DNA of 64,000 nucleotides, taken from contig CAKKPE010000050.1 of NCBI GenBank assembly GCA_919901565.1, positions 6,016 through 70,015 of the forward strand, in the 5' to 3' direction. The translations under genes and the position numbers were made by a program. The notes beneath the pieces are model-generated. The model was not told where the DNA came from and made no database searches. It saw only the letters and a program-made list of their open reading frames with translations. Source of the stretch: a bacterium. GTDB lineage: Bacteria; CG2-30-53-67. This document shows, one piece after another, positions 32,434-43,751 of this stretch (within the stretch, counting starts at the first letter, position 1; each line of letters opens with the position of its first letter).

Positions 32434-33375
32434 ATGAAACTCATATCTATTTCTATACTTACCGCTGTTTTTGCACTCTGTCCGGCCTTGTTAAGGGCAG
32501 ATATGTTTTTGATAAATCCCGATATACGAACAGCTCAGCCGGTAGTGCCGGATGCAAATACAGCCTCGCAGATACCGCCGTCATGTACCTCACCGGACTA
32601 TACCCTACCGCTCTGTTATCAGGTTCATGCTCCGAGCGGAGAGATGCAAATCCTCCTGACGCAGCGCAACGAGGCTGAAGAAAAAATGATCGTGGAGCCG
32701 GTGCCTGCTGCAAACACGTATGTTCCTGATGAGAGTAAAAAGGAAACCCCGCAGATTCTTGACCCTCTTGCTCCCGTGAACAAGGTCATGTTCCATGTTA
32801 ATGACAAGCTGTACTTTTGGGTACTCAAGCCGGTGGCTCAGGGATATTCCTTTGTTGTTCCCGAACTGGTGAGAACAGGCCTCGGCAATGCTTACGACAA
32901 TCTCAAGTCGCCGGCCAGAATAGTGAACAATCTGCTGCAACTGAGGCTCAAACGGTCAGGGAATGAACTCATCAGGTTTCTTTTCAATTCCGTTGTAGGG
33001 ATCTGTGGCCTTGGCGATGTTTCCAAGGGACTTCTCGGCATCGATAAACAGGAGGCTGATTTCGGCCAGACGCTGGGCCGTTACGGCGTGGGCCACGGTT
33101 TGTATCTCGTATTGCCCATACTCGGGCCTTCTTCAGTTCGTGACGGGGTCGGGCTTGCCGGAGATACGTTTATGTATCCCATGACTTATGTGAGTATTCA
33201 TTATCTGAACTTTTGGGAAGGTGCAGCGCTCTATACACACGAAAAGGTGAATGATACCTCATTCAGGATCGGAGATTATGAGGCTTTCAAGCAGGCGGCC
33301 ATAGATCCTTATGTCTCCATGCGCGACGCCTTTGTCCAGTATCGGCAGAAAAAAGTTGAGGAAGCAAGGCGATAG
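32434..33375 (+). CDS. mlaA: MlaA/VacJ-family protein
   Basis: DPLAPVNK..F..ND, DFGQTLGRYGV, LPILGPSSVRD, DPY...RDA. Confidence 0.92.
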   Translation: MKLISISILTAVFALCPALLRADMFLINPDIRTAQPVVPDANTASQIPPSCTSPDYTLPLCYQVHAPSGEMQILLTQRNEAEEKMIVEPVPAANTYVPDESKKETPQILDPLAPVNKVMFHVNDKLYFWVLKPVAQGYSFVVPELVRTGLGNAYDNLKSPARIVNNLLQLRLKRSGNELIRFLFNSVVGICGLGDVSKGLLGIDKQEADFGQTLGRYGVGHGLYLVLPILGPSSVRDGVGLAGDTFMYPMTYVSIHYLNFWEGAALYTHEKVNDTSFRIGDYEAFKQAAIDPYVSMRDAFVQYRQKKVEEARR

Positions 33376-33404
33376 TACATTGTAAACTTAATTATTAATT
33401 CGCG

Positions 33405-34115
33405 CTATGTCTCAGAATAAAGGATCCGTCCGCAGTAGGAACAGGTGATGATGGAGTTGGCCTTGCGAACGTCGTTGTAGACCTGGGGAGGGAGGGTCAT
33501 ATGACACCCCTGGCAGGTTCTTTCTATGATCGGGACCAGTGCAGGGGGGCCCTTGTGCGCCAGGATCCTGTTATAATGGTTCAGTTGTTTCGGACTGATC
33601 TCGCGCGAGATGTCCTCTCTTTTCAATTTCAGCTCCTTGTTCTCGGCATTAAAATGGGTATTCGCATTTTCCATCTCCTGTTTTTTCTTGAGGAATGCCG
33701 CCTCTTCAACCTGGCACTGAGACGAGACCTCATCCCTTTCCTTCTGCAGTTCTTCGAGGGTCCCCATCCTGGCGAGGAGGTCCTGCTCCAGCCTGCTTTT
33801 CTCCTTCTGCATGGTCTCGATCTCTTTCTGGAGGGCGAAATATTCTTTTTGGGTGGTGATCAGGGGGAGCTTGTCCCTGGACTTCTGAATCTTGTCGTCA
33901 TCCTCCTTGATGGATTGTTCGAGGCGGAGCATTTCACGGTGGATCTCGGAGATGCGGCTGATCAGCTCATCCCTCCTGGTTTCCAGTTGCGTGAGCGGGG
34001 CCTTTACTCCCCGAATATCCAGTTGCAGTCTTTTCATCATCTCTTCAACTTCCTGCAGACGGGTGTCAACTGTCTGAAGATGGATAAGTCCGCTGATGTC
34101 TTCTTTGATGGTCAT
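33405..34115 (-). CDS. C4 zinc-ribbon coiled-coil protein (CT398/DUF164-like)
   Basis: LQTVD start, long coiled coil, CQGCHM.LPPQ...CSYCGRILY. Confidence 0.9.
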   Translation of the reverse strand: MTIKEDISGLIHLQTVDTRLQEVEEMMKRLQLDIRGVKAPLTQLETRRDELISRISEIHREMLRLEQSIKEDDDKIQKSRDKLPLITTQKEYFALQKEIETMQKEKSRLEQDLLARMGTLEELQKERDEVSSQCQVEEAAFLKKKQEMENANTHFNAENKELKLKREDISREISPKQLNHYNRILAHKGPPALVPIIERTCQGCHMTLPPQVYNDVRKANSIITCSYCGRILYSET

Positions 34116-34181
34116 GGTTTCACTCCTATCACAGTGCTCTCTTCCATTTCATGTATGAAAGTTACTGCATGATGGATGCCA

Positions 34182-34214
34182 AAAAAAATGCACTTTAGCA
34201 GTCTAAAGTGCATT
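34182..34214 (-). terminator. Terminator downstream of the tRNA
   Basis: AAATGCACTTTAG-CAGT-CTAAAGTGCATTT stem with a T-tract on the minus strand. Confidence 0.7.
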
Positions 34215-34279
34215 TCGTGTAAACCTGTGATATATCTCTGTTGAAAAGAAAAGCAAACTCATCCATGGGTCTCTGTAAA

Positions 34280-34356
34280 TGGTGGGCCCACCAGGATTCG
34301 AACCTGGGACCAACCGGTTATGAGCCGGTGGCTCTGACCAGCTGAGCTATAGGCCC
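34280..34356 (-). tRNA. tRNA with CAT anticodon, most likely tRNA-Ile2 (lysidine)
   Basis: GGGCCTATAGCTCAGCTGGTCAGAGC...CTCATAA...GGTTCGAATCC...CCCACCA. The acceptor stem and the position after rpoD fit Ile2; it is not an initiator. Confidence 0.9.
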
Positions 34357-34502
34357 TGCTGAATTTCCTGTGGGGTCTTCCGGCCATATGCCATAAGCCT
34401 TCTTTACCGGGCAAGAAGCCCTATACTCCTGGAAAAAAAATACTTTATAAAATAATCGTTATGATGTCAAGAATATTTTATATGTTTCCCAAACCGGACG
34501 AA

Positions 34503-36377
34503 TTATGAGCCTTCAATGAAGGCCTTGAGTATCCTGCTCCTGGTCGGGTGCCTGAGTTTTCGAAGCGCCTTGGCCTCGATCTGGCGGATACGCTCACGCG
34601 TGACCTTGAATTCCTGCCCGACCTCTTCCAGGGTGTGGTCGGTGGCCTCCCCGATGCCGAAACGTTTCCGCAGGACCTTCTCTTCCCTGGGAGTCAGCGT
34701 CTGCAGGACCTTTCCTACGGTTTCCTGGAGATTAATTTTGACCACGGCCTCAGACGGGGACATGATCTTTTTGTCTTCGATGAAGTCGCCGAGATGGCTG
34801 TCTTCCTCCTCTCCGACAGGGGTTTCCAGGGATATGGGTTCCTTGGCTATCTTCAGTACCTTGCGGACCTTCTCAACCGGGAGGTCCATTTCCTTGGAGA
34901 TCTCCTCGGGCGTGGGTTCTCTCCCCATTTCCTGGACCAGGAGCCTTGTGGTTCTGATCAGCTTGTTAATGGTCTCGATCATGTGCACCGGGATCCGGAT
35001 GGTCCTGGCCTGGTCCGCAATGGCCCGGGTAATGGCCTGCCGGATCCACCAGGTGGCATAGGTGCTGAACTTGTACCCCCGGCGGTATTCAAATTTGTCC
35101 ACGGCCTTCATGAGACCGATATTCCCTTCCTGGATCAGGTCCAGAAAGAGAAGGCCCCGGTTGGTATATTTCTTGGCAATGCTCACAACCAGCCTCAGGT
35201 TGGCTTCAACCATTTCCGCCTTGGCGCTCTGGGCCTCGACTTCACCGGCCTTGAGTTTCTTGAGTGCCTTCTTGAAGTAATCGGAATCCTGCTCAAATGT
35301 CCTTTCAATCAGGCGGATCTGTTTCAGCGCCCTCTTGAGTCTGAGTCCGGTGAGTCTGAGCCTCTCCGGCTTGACCCTCGCTGTTTTCTCGAGTTTCTTG
35401 CACCTTGGAGTTATACGCTTGGCGTTGACATAGGCCAGGATATCTTCGGAAGAGAGCCCGGCGGCTTTTTCGCAGTTCTTGAGTTCTTTCTGAAGGACAT
35501 CGATCCGTTCCACGATGGTCTTGAGCCGAAGTGTGAAGCGTTCGATCTGGTCCGGATGGAAGTCGATCTGCTTCATCAATGAGATCACCTTCTCCTTGGT
35601 TTCCTCGATCTCGCGCCTGTATTTCTCCAGGGTCTCTTTCTTCTTGATCCTTGGGTCCTGGATGCGGCCCTGGAGATAAATGATCTGATCGTTCAACTCC
35701 TGTATATCATCGATGAGCTTGAGGGTTTGTTCCCGGAGTTCATTGTCCGAGGTCCCGGATGAAAACTCCTCGCCGAAGTCCTCTTCGCTGCCGCAAACCA
35801 CGTCCCGGATATAGGCCCTGCCCTTCCTGAGCCGTTTTCCCAGGGAAAGGACCATGCGAATTACAAAAGGAGAGTTCATGAGGACTTCCGTGGTTTTTTT
35901 CTGGCCGGCCTCGATTCTTTTGGCAATCCTGACCTCTCCCTCCCGGTTCAGGAGAGGGATGGTCCCCATCTCTTTGAGATAAAGGCGCACAGGGTCGTCG
36001 GTTTTGCCGACCGCTCCCGGGGAGAGGTCGAGATGCAGGTGGCTCTCTTCAGTATCCTCGGGCTCTTCCATTCCGGCGTCCATGTCCATGTCCACGCCTT
36101 CTTCCTTGAAGTCCACCTCGAAGCCCTTGATCTCTTCTTCTTCCTGGTCCAGTTCGTGATCCAGGCTGATTTTGCCATGCACCTCCCCATCCTGGGTGGT
36201 CTCCATGATCTCTATATTCATGTTGTTGAGCATGATGATCAGCTCATCGATCTGTTCGGAATTCACCATATCTTCCGGAAGGGCATCGTTCAGCTCATCA
36301 TAGGTCAGAAAACCTTTTTCCTTGCCCAGGGTGATGAGCGATTTGACTTCAGGGCTTCGTCTGATTTTTTTTGTCAT
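34503..36377 (-). CDS. rpoD: Primary sigma factor RpoD
   Basis: [55 protein letters not shown]. Confidence 0.98.
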   Translation of the reverse strand: MTKKIRRSPEVKSLITLGKEKGFLTYDELNDALPEDMVNSEQIDELIIMLNNMNIEIMETTQDGEVHGKISLDHELDQEEEEIKGFEVDFKEEGVDMDMDAGMEEPEDTEESHLHLDLSPGAVGKTDDPVRLYLKEMGTIPLLNREGEVRIAKRIEAGQKKTTEVLMNSPFVIRMVLSLGKRLRKGRAYIRDVVCGSEEDFGEEFSSGTSDNELREQTLKLIDDIQELNDQIIYLQGRIQDPRIKKKETLEKYRREIEETKEKVISLMKQIDFHPDQIERFTLRLKTIVERIDVLQKELKNCEKAAGLSSEDILAYVNAKRITPRCKKLEKTARVKPERLRLTGLRLKRALKQIRLIERTFEQDSDYFKKALKKLKAGEVEAQSAKAEMVEANLRLVVSIAKKYTNRGLLFLDLIQEGNIGLMKAVDKFEYRRGYKFSTYATWWIRQAITRAIADQARTIRIPVHMIETINKLIRTTRLLVQEMGREPTPEEISKEMDLPVEKVRKVLKIAKEPISLETPVGEEEDSHLGDFIEDKKIMSPSEAVVKINLQETVGKVLQTLTPREEKVLRKRFGIGEATDHTLEEVGQEFKVTRERIRQIEAKALRKLRHPTRSRILKAFIEGS

Positions 36378-38170
36378 TCTCTTACGTTCCTCCGTTCAGA
36401 ACCGAGTTTCTGCTGGAGCGTCTCAACCTCCAGCGAAATGTTGTATATTTCTCTTGCAAGCTGCGTGGCGTCCTGGTCTCTTCCTTGTTTTTCGGCAGTT
36501 TCAGCCTCTTGCTGAAGTGTTTTTTTCGTTCTCTTGAGATATTCCTGCCGGACCCTGTCGATCAGGCCATGCAGGTCTATGGGCTCATGATCCTTTATGA
36601 AAAATCCCGAGAGCACTCCCGCAAGGGAATCGTCATCATCCGGAATCAGAGATCTGATTGCATCGGTGCCGGGTTTGCCACCGGGATAATCAAATATCCG
36701 CTGTACCACGGACCGAAGTCCGGGACTGCTGAAATAGCCCGGTTCGATACGCTCCTTGACCTGCTGGACCAGGTCAGGGTGATTGATCATGAGGCCCACC
36801 ATGGCCCCTTCCCAGACCGGGGTCCCTTTTACTACGGGGGCTGTCCCTTGCCTGCTTAACGGATCCTCCCTGCCCCAAGGTTTTGCGGCATTGGACCGGA
36901 TGGTGGCCTTCATGGTCCTTGGGTCTATCCCCACGAGAGAGGCGACCTGATTCGTATAGAGTTCCTGCTCGATCGGGTTGGGGATCATGGCAAGAAGAGG
37001 GATCAGCCGTTCGGCAATCGCCACCTTCTCGTCCAGGGTCTGTTGCGGCATCTCCTGAATGGCATGTTCAATCATGAAGTCCATGATCGGTTTGGCCTCG
37101 GCCATCCTGTCCGAGAATCCCTTTTTGCCGTATTTTCCAAGAAAACTGTCCGGGTCCTCACCCTGGGCAAGGGTGACCACCTTGATTTTCATCCCCTCTG
37201 GTACACAGATGTCAAAAGAGCGTTTGGCGGCCTTGATCCCGGCCTCGTCCGAGTCGAAAAACAGGGCCAGGTTCCGGGTATACCGCTGGAGTTTGCGGAC
37301 ATGCGCTCTGGTCAGGGCGGTCCCGAGTGTGGCAGCAATGTTCCTGATGCCGTTCTGGAAGGTTGTGATCACGTCCATATACCCTTCGACCAGGATGGCG
37401 TACTCCTGTTTGCGGATCGCCTCATACGATAGGTTCAGCCCGTACAGGCTGGCCCCCTTGTCAAAGACCGGCGTCTCCGGAGAATTGAGGTACTTGGGAG
37501 TGGAATCGTCAAGGACCCGGCCCCCAAAACCAAGAACCCTTCCGTAGATGTCCACGATGGGGAACATAATCCGGTTGCGGAACCGGTCATAGCAGCCGTC
37601 TCCGCTTTTCTTTTTCAGGGCCAATCCGGCCAGTTCTATCTCCTTTTCATTGAAACCGAGTCCCTTGAGGTGAAGGGTCAGGGCATCCCAGGAGTCCGGT
37701 GCATACCCGATCCGGAAGACCGAGATGGTCTCATCGGTGACGCCACGGTCATTGAGGTAGGACTGGGCGGTGCTGGTTTTCTTTCCGGCCTCGGAAAAGA
37801 ACGATGCGGCCGCCTCATTGATCTCAAAGATTTGGTCCTTTGTTTTTTTCTGGGCCAGGTCTTCGGGGGTCCGCTCGATCTCGGGAACAGGCCTGCCGCA
37901 GCGTTCAGCCAGGGCGCGGACCGAATCCGGAAACCCCATGTGCTCATGTTTCATCAGGAAGTGGAAGACGTTCCCCCCTTCACCGCAGCCGAAACAGTGA
38001 AAGATCTGCTTGGACGGGTTGACCATAAAAGATGGTGTTTTCTCCGAGTGGAATGGACAGAGACCTTTATAATGGCTCCCCGATTTTTTAAGGGAGACAT
38101 AATTGGAGATCACATCCACGATGTCACTCTCTTCCCTGACCGTATTGATAAATTCCTCCGGGAAAAACAT
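36374..38170 (-). CDS. dnaG: DNA primase
   Basis: [11 protein letters not shown] zinc finger, [36 protein letters not shown]. The start could be 38188. Confidence 0.97.
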   Translation of the reverse strand: MFFPEEFINTVREESDIVDVISNYVSLKKSGSHYKGLCPFHSEKTPSFMVNPSKQIFHCFGCGEGGNVFHFLMKHEHMGFPDSVRALAERCGRPVPEIERTPEDLAQKKTKDQIFEINEAAASFFSEAGKKTSTAQSYLNDRGVTDETISVFRIGYAPDSWDALTLHLKGLGFNEKEIELAGLALKKKSGDGCYDRFRNRIMFPIVDIYGRVLGFGGRVLDDSTPKYLNSPETPVFDKGASLYGLNLSYEAIRKQEYAILVEGYMDVITTFQNGIRNIAATLGTALTRAHVRKLQRYTRNLALFFDSDEAGIKAAKRSFDICVPEGMKIKVVTLAQGEDPDSFLGKYGKKGFSDRMAEAKPIMDFMIEHAIQEMPQQTLDEKVAIAERLIPLLAMIPNPIEQELYTNQVASLVGIDPRTMKATIRSNAAKPWGREDPLSRQGTAPVVKGTPVWEGAMVGLMINHPDLVQQVKERIEPGYFSSPGLRSVVQRIFDYPGGKPGTDAIRSLIPDDDDSLAGVLSGFFIKDHEPIDLHGLIDRVRQEYLKRTKKTLQQEAETAEKQGRDQDATQLAREIYNISLEVETLQQKLGSERRNVRE

Positions 38171-38184
38171 AGCCTTGACCGCTT

Positions 38185-40527
38185 TCATGAAACCAGTTCC
38201 ACCAGGGTAACGCCCGGGCCGCCCTCTTCCATATGCCCGGACCTGAAATCGGCCACGAACGGATGCGCCCTCAAGGTCTTCGCGATAGCGTCCCGAAGGG
38301 CCCCGGTCCCGATTCCATGGATGATCTTGACCGTGCGCAGGTTCCCAAGGTGAGCGTGATCCAGGTATCTCCCGGTCTTTTCCACGGCCTCTTCCACCCT
38401 GAGGCCGATAAGGTTAATGCTGGGACAAACCTCCTCCCGGGAGAACGCCTCCGCCTCCATGGTTACCACGGGCCGCTCTTTGGGACGGCCTTGCGATACA
38501 TGCTGAAGCTGATGAACCGAAACCTGTACCCGGAGGCCGTTGCAGAAGACCTGGACCCGTTTTTTCTTGTCCGGGCCGCTTACGACCATTCCTTTTTTGC
38601 CGGTCCCCATGATTTCAACTTCAAGTCCGGGCTGAATACGCTCCAGGTCCACCGGCTCAGAGGGGGAGAGAAGCGGATTCGCCGGTTTCAGTTCCTGATC
38701 GATCTTTTTTACTTCTTCCTCAAAACGCATACGGTTTCCCTGCTCTGCAATTTTTAACAGCCTTCTCGACCTCACCTTGGCCCGGTCGGCCATGGACATG
38801 GTTTCATTCAGGACCTGATAGGCCTGTTTGAGTGTCTTTTCTTTCTCTTTGGCCATGGCAGACAGCGCCCTTTGCATCTCTTCCTTGTTCCTCTCCAGTT
38901 CATGCCGGACCGTCTCGTTGTCCCGGATCTTCTGTTCCAGCTCTTCGATCAGATGGGTCGTGCTCCTGTCGAGGTCGGGAATATTCTCCCTGGCCCGGTC
39001 CAGGACCTCCCTGGGCATCCCGATCCTTTCGGATATCTCAAAGGCGTGACTGGTTCCCAGGTGGCCGTACCTGAGCGTATAGGCCGGGCGCAGCAGTTCC
39101 GTGTCATAAGCCACCGAGGCATTCATCATTCCCCGGGTTGTGTAGGCAAATTGTTTGATCTCCTCGTAATGCGTGGTGGCCGCTGTCAGTGCCCCCTTGA
39201 GAGAAAGCGCTTCAAGGATGGCGATGCCGAGAGCGGCCCCTTCTCTTGGGTCAGTCCCGGTCCCCAGTTCATCGAGCACAACAAGGGATTCAGGGCCGGC
39301 GTGCTCAAGAATCCGGACGATATTCCGGATATGAGACGAAAAGGTGCTCATCTCCTCCTGAATGCTCTGTTCATCTCCGATGTCCGCAAATACATCCCTG
39401 AAAATCCCCATGGAACTCCCTTCTGCGGCAGGGATGGGGATCCCGGCCTGGGCCATGAGGACCAGAAGCCCCAGGGTTTTCAGGGCAACGGTTTTTCCGC
39501 CCATGTTGGGGCCTGTGATCATGAGTGTCCTGTATGATTCTCCTACCTCAAGGTCAATAGGCACGATCTCTTTTCCAGCCCCCGGTTTCTTTTCCAGAAG
39601 GAGCGGGTGCCGGGCCCCCTTGAGCTCAATCTTTTTCTCCGAAAGAATCCGGGGGATCACCGCCCGGTAGTCCTCGGCAAAGAGCGCTTTGGAGAGATGG
39701 AGATCCACGTGCGCCAGGACCGAAACATCCTGCCGGAGCGACTCCTCCGATGCGCGTACCAGATCACTGATCTCCAACAGGATCCGGTGGATCTCTTTGG
39801 ACTCCTCGGAAGCAAGGCATGAGAGATGGTTGTTCATCTTCACGGTTTCCGAGGGTTCCACAAAGACGGTCATTCCGCTGGCAGACTGGTCATGAATGAT
39901 CCCCTGTATCTTTGATGAGAAGTCCGGTCTGAGAGGAATCACATACCGGTTGTTCCGCACGGTAACCAGCCTCTCCTGGACAACGGTTTTCAGCCTTTCC
40001 GAACTGAGGATCGCATCCAGCCTTTGTTTGATCGCCTCCTTCTGCTCACGGATCCGGCGCCGGATGCCCGCCAGATCATCGCTGGCTGAATCCCTGACTT
40101 CTCCGTTTTCGTCAATGCACTTTTCTATGGCCTCCACAAGTTCGAACAGCGGCTCGATCCGTCCGATCTCCGCCTGAAGAAGAGGGAAAGCGCCGCACTC
40201 TTTCTTCATGAACCGCTTGAGTCCCTGGGCGGCCCGGAGTACATTCCATACGGAAATCAGGGCCCCTGGCTGAAGCAGGGATCCTTGTATATGGACCTCT
40301 TTTAAAAAGGGGCGGATATCGGATACTCGCTGAAGGGACGGTCTGCCCCGCTCCTTAACCAGAGACTTCATTTCAGCAGCGCAATTGAGGAGGTACTCGA
40401 TCTGAACAGGATCATGTTGTATCGTCAGGCTGTCAATCTCGGACTGGCCAAGAGGGGATTGAGCATATCGTTTTAGAATATCCTGCACCCGGTTAAATTC
40501 CAGGATCCGAATGGTCTGTGTGTCCAT
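38185..40527 (-). CDS. mutS2: Endonuclease MutS2
   Basis: ITGPNMGGKT, DIGDEQSI..STFSSH, DELGTGTDP, Smr domain IIHGIGTG. Confidence 0.96.
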   Translation of the reverse strand: MDTQTIRILEFNRVQDILKRYAQSPLGQSEIDSLTIQHDPVQIEYLLNCAAEMKSLVKERGRPSLQRVSDIRPFLKEVHIQGSLLQPGALISVWNVLRAAQGLKRFMKKECGAFPLLQAEIGRIEPLFELVEAIEKCIDENGEVRDSASDDLAGIRRRIREQKEAIKQRLDAILSSERLKTVVQERLVTVRNNRYVIPLRPDFSSKIQGIIHDQSASGMTVFVEPSETVKMNNHLSCLASEESKEIHRILLEISDLVRASEESLRQDVSVLAHVDLHLSKALFAEDYRAVIPRILSEKKIELKGARHPLLLEKKPGAGKEIVPIDLEVGESYRTLMITGPNMGGKTVALKTLGLLVLMAQAGIPIPAAEGSSMGIFRDVFADIGDEQSIQEEMSTFSSHIRNIVRILEHAGPESLVVLDELGTGTDPREGAALGIAILEALSLKGALTAATTHYEEIKQFAYTTRGMMNASVAYDTELLRPAYTLRYGHLGTSHAFEISERIGMPREVLDRARENIPDLDRSTTHLIEELEQKIRDNETVRHELERNKEEMQRALSAMAKEKEKTLKQAYQVLNETMSMADRAKVRSRRLLKIAEQGNRMRFEEEVKKIDQELKPANPLLSPSEPVDLERIQPGLEVEIMGTGKKGMVVSGPDKKKRVQVFCNGLRVQVSVHQLQHVSQGRPKERPVVTMEAEAFSREEVCPSINLIGLRVEEAVEKTGRYLDHAHLGNLRTVKIIHGIGTGALRDAIAKTLRAHPFVADFRSGHMEEGGPGVTLVELVS

Positions 40528-40656
40528 GTGAGAGATCCCGGCCCCTTGGCTTAATCATTATCGAAGGAGGCGCAGCCTATACCCCATATATCAGGCCCCA
40601 ACCCGGCCTTTACAGAATTTGCTCCGCGATGCGGGATGGGTGTAACAGGGTTTAAG

Positions 40657-40684
40657 AAAAAAAGGGCCTTATCCGGCCCTTTTT
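40657..40684. terminator. Terminator after yqeY
   Basis: AAAAGGGCC-TTATCC-GGCCCTTTT stem flanked by A/T tracts. Confidence 0.65.
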
Positions 40685-41127
40685 CAGGATAAACCTTCCT
40701 GTACCAGCTTCTGTACCAGTTTACCATCGGCTCTTCCGGCGACCTCTGCCATGACTTTCTTCATCACAGCGCCCATGTCATTCAACGAGGAAGCACCGGC
40801 TTCTGTTATGGCCTTGTTGACGATATCTCTCAGTTCCTCGGTGGAAAACGGGCTTGGCAGGTATTCGAGAACAAAACCAAGCTCTTTGCTCTCTTTCCGA
40901 ACCAGATCCTCCCTCCTTCCGAGCTGAAACTGCGAGATGGACTCCTTGTGCCTCTTGGCTGTTTTTGAGAGGAGGGAGACCACGTCGTTTTCCTGCAATG
41001 GACCTCCTGCCTTGATTTCCTGGTTCTTTATTTCGGACAGGATCATCCGGATAACTGAAAGCCTCTCTTTGTCGCCTGTTTTCATTGCAGACTTCATGTC
41101 TGCTTCCAGTCTCGCCTTGAGGCCCAT
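40684..41127 (-). CDS. yqeY: GatB/YqeY domain protein
   Basis: DMKSAMK, YLP, DMGAVM, GRADGK. Confidence 0.92.
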   Translation of the reverse strand: MGLKARLEADMKSAMKTGDKERLSVIRMILSEIKNQEIKAGGPLQENDVVSLLSKTAKRHKESISQFQLGRREDLVRKESKELGFVLEYLPSPFSTEELRDIVNKAITEAGASSLNDMGAVMKKVMAEVAGRADGKLVQKLVQEGLS

Positions 41128-41143
41128 CCATCTCCTTTTCTAT

Positions 41144-41341
41144 TTATTTTTCTGTGTATTTCTGGATCTTCAGCGCCTTTTTCTGGGCTGCGATGGTTTT
41201 CCTCTTTTTCTTAATGGAGGGCTTTTCATAATGTTCGCGCTTGCGGATCTCAGACAAAAGCCCTGACTTTTCACACAGTTTCTTGAACCGCCTCAGCGCT
41301 CCTTCAAAGGATTCGCCTTCTCTGATTTTGATGCCAAGCAT
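41144..41341 (-). CDS. rpsU: 30S ribosomal protein S21
   Basis: [12 protein letters not shown]...REHYEKPS. Confidence 0.96.
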   Translation of the reverse strand: MLGIKIREGESFEGALRRFKKLCEKSGLLSEIRKREHYEKPSIKKKRKTIAAQKKALKIQKYTEK

Positions 41342-41546
41342 GCATTTTCCCCTCCCTCCATCGTAGAATAAGTTTAAAAAAACTAAATGTTAACTATAAT
41401 TAAACATTACATTTTTGTCAAGCTTGTTTTTATATAAATCTGTATTAAAAAGAGGTATTCTTTCTTGAGGAAAAGCACAAAATATCTTGACTTTATCAAT
41501 AGAGTACAATATATATCCGAAACACTATTTATTTGGTAAAGAACTT

Positions 41547-42008
41547 ATGAAACTTTCAAATCGAAGCCAGTATGGCGTCCGGGCACTCTTTGATGTGGCC
41601 TATTTTTCCGAAGGGAGAAGGGTGCAGATCCATGCGATTTCCAGAAGGCAGGGAATTTCGAGGCGGTTCCTGGAGCAGATCTTTTATTCACTGAAAAAGG
41701 CAGGGCTTGTCGAGAGTAAGCGCGGGCCTAAAGGGGGGTATTTACTTACCCGTCCCCCCGGTGAGATCACGATCGGGAAAATCATCCGGGTTCTTGAAGG
41801 CCCGATTGAGCCGGTCCCCTGCAAAACCATGGAGCAGGATGGTTCTGCCTGCAAGTATATGGAAAAGTGTGTTACCCGGATGGTCTGGGATGAAGCAGGC
41901 ATGATGATCAGCCGGTATTTTGATTCCATCACGATTCAGGATCTCTGCCTCCGGGCAGATCAAATGGGATTGGAAAAGGAAGAAAAAATGATGATGTATA
42001 ACATATGA
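41547..42008 (+). CDS. Rrf2-family regulator (IscR/CymR-like, three Cys)
   Basis: YGVRAL, FLEQIF..LKKAGLVESKRGPKGGY, C-terminal C..C..C. Confidence 0.92.
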   Translation: MKLSNRSQYGVRALFDVAYFSEGRRVQIHAISRRQGISRRFLEQIFYSLKKAGLVESKRGPKGGYLLTRPPGEITIGKIIRVLEGPIEPVPCKTMEQDGSACKYMEKCVTRMVWDEAGMMISRYFDSITIQDLCLRADQMGLEKEEKMMMYNI

Positions 42009-42103
42009 GGGAATAATCGGCATCGTGGAGAAGAAAGAGTGGTTCCGGATGCAGCAGCGGATATAGTTGGTCAACCGGATTAACCAGTTTAGACGGAGGA
42101 ACA

Positions 42104-43030
42104 ATGGGCAATGATCGAGTCGAATGGATTACCGGTCTGATCGGGAATACCCCCATGGTCCGGATACAAAGACTGGTCGGGCCATCTGATGCCGCTATCT
42201 GGGCCAAGCTCGAGTCCTTCAATCCCGGCGGCAGTGTCAAGGACAGGATCTGCCTGAGCATGATCGAGGCGGCGGAGCGGGAAGGGAAACTCAGACCCGG
42301 CGGGGTTATCGTCGAGCCGACCAGCGGCAATACGGGAATCGGCCTGGCTTTTGTTGCTGCGGTCAAGGGGTATCTGGCCATCTTTACCATGCCGGAGACC
42401 ATGAGCCTCGAACGGAAAAAACTCCTGCAGGCCTACGGCGCCGAGGTGGTACTTACGCCGGGAACAGAGGGGATGAGAGGGGCCATACGCAAGGCCGAAG
42501 AGATGGTCGAGAAAAATCCCGGGTATTTCATGCCCCAGCAGTTCAGGAACCCCGCCAATCCCGAGGTGCACCGGAAAACCACAGCGCAGGAAATTCTCAG
42601 GCAGGCCGGTTCTGATTTCCATGCCTTTGTCGCGGGAGTGGGGACCGGGGGGACGGTCACCGGTGTGGGTGAGGTGCTGAAAGATAAAAATCCGGGCATC
42701 AGGATCGTGGCCGTGGAACCCGTGGAATCTCCGGTCCTGTCCGGCGGAAAACCCGGTCCGCACAAGATCCAGGGTATCGGCGCCGGATTTGTTCCGGATG
42801 TCCTGAACATGGAGATCATCGATCAGGTTGTCCAGGTGAGCGGTGAAGATGCCGCAACCACGGCCCGGGCACTGGCTGCCAAGGAAGGGATCCTTTGCGG
42901 TATCTCATCGGGAGCGGCATGCTTCGCGGCCCTCGGAATCGCCAGGGAACTCGGGTCGGGAAAGACCGTTGTGGTGATCTTTCCGGATACCGGGGAGCGT
43001 TACCTGAGTACGGATCTGTATACAAAATAA
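42104..43030 (+). CDS. cysK: Cysteine synthase A
   Basis: [37 protein letters not shown]. Confidence 0.96.
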   Translation: MGNDRVEWITGLIGNTPMVRIQRLVGPSDAAIWAKLESFNPGGSVKDRICLSMIEAAEREGKLRPGGVIVEPTSGNTGIGLAFVAAVKGYLAIFTMPETMSLERKKLLQAYGAEVVLTPGTEGMRGAIRKAEEMVEKNPGYFMPQQFRNPANPEVHRKTTAQEILRQAGSDFHAFVAGVGTGGTVTGVGEVLKDKNPGIRIVAVEPVESPVLSGGKPGPHKIQGIGAGFVPDVLNMEIIDQVVQVSGEDAATTARALAAKEGILCGISSGAACFAALGIARELGSGKTVVVIFPDTGERYLSTDLYTK

Positions 43031-43104
43031 AATTGACGGCTTCGTGGGCCTTTTGGGGGCCTTTTGGGGTCAGACCTACAGTGCGACCGGGCAAGGAGTT
43101 GAAT

Positions 43105-43533
43105 ATGTTATTTCATAAACTTGACAAGCATCGTGATAAAGGCCTTCTCATTTTAAGGGTCGGCATTGGTATAATGTTTATGTGTCATGGTTTTCCTAAA
43201 CTGACAGCAGGGCCGGAAGTATGGACAAAGCTTGGTGGAGCATTATCAGCCATGGGTATAAACTTTGCTCCTACCTTTATGGGTTTTATGGCAGCTATCT
43301 CTGAATTTGGAGGTGGTTTATTGCTAGTGCTGGGGCTATTTACGCGCTCTGCGTGTTTCTTTTTGTTAAGCACAATGGTTGTAGCCGCGCAGATGCATTT
43401 AAAAAGTGGTGATCCATTTGTAAAGTATTCTCATGCTCTTGAGGCAGCTATCCTTTTTTTCAGTCTTCTATTTATTGGTCCGGGCAAAATTTCGTTAGAT
43501 GAGAAATTAGCTAAAAATAAAGAAAAAACCTAA
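43105..43533 (+). CDS. DoxX-family membrane protein, AT-rich, cassette-like
   Basis: LLILRVGIG..F..HG..K, EFGGGLLL.LGL.TR, GPGKISLD. Start moved to ATG 43105 after AAGGAG. Confidence 0.9.
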   Translation: MLFHKLDKHRDKGLLILRVGIGIMFMCHGFPKLTAGPEVWTKLGGALSAMGINFAPTFMGFMAAISEFGGGLLLVLGLFTRSACFFLLSTMVVAAQMHLKSGDPFVKYSHALEAAILFFSLLFIGPGKISLDEKLAKNKEKT

Positions 43534-43584
43534 CAAATCAATGGAGCGGACGCGTAAACGCGCCGCTCATTTTAATCATTATCC
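43528..43584 (+). other. Degenerate integron attC-like site
   Basis: ACCTAAC overlaps the stop codon; central GAGCGG-ACGCG-TAAA-CGCG-CCGCTC hairpin; right core reads ATTATCC instead of GTTRRRY. Confidence 0.6.
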
Positions 43585-43599
43585 GAAGGAAGAAATATA

Positions 43600-43673
43600 A
43601 TAGGATTTAGAAATCAGGATTTGTTTTTTCCCTTTCCTGTGATCCTCTCCGGACAGGTGTAGACGTTCATCCG
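43600..43673 (-). pseudogene. Orphan duplicate of the fdhD 3' end
   Basis: Translates RMNVYTCPERITGKGKNKS*; fdhD ends RMNVYTCPERITGTGRKGRS*. Confidence 0.85.
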
Positions 43674-43751
43674 ATCTTTGTTAAATTCTTTCTCCCCCGC
43701 AACCAGCATAATGGCTTGACAAAGGTTATCATATTTGCTAACATGGAGAAC

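Noticed and set aside
34280-34356. tRNA used as an integration site, or initiator tRNA-Met
   Set aside because: No duplicated tRNA 3' end was seen in the window. It has a paired G1-C72 and lacks the three G-C anticodon-stem pairs of initiators.
40528-40656. 6S RNA or other ncRNA between yqeY and mutS2
   Set aside because: Too short, and I could not find the long terminal stem or central bubble.
42895-43104. N-terminal extension of DoxX overlapping cysK
   Set aside because: A strong RBS and ATG at 43105 give a typical 142-aa DoxX.
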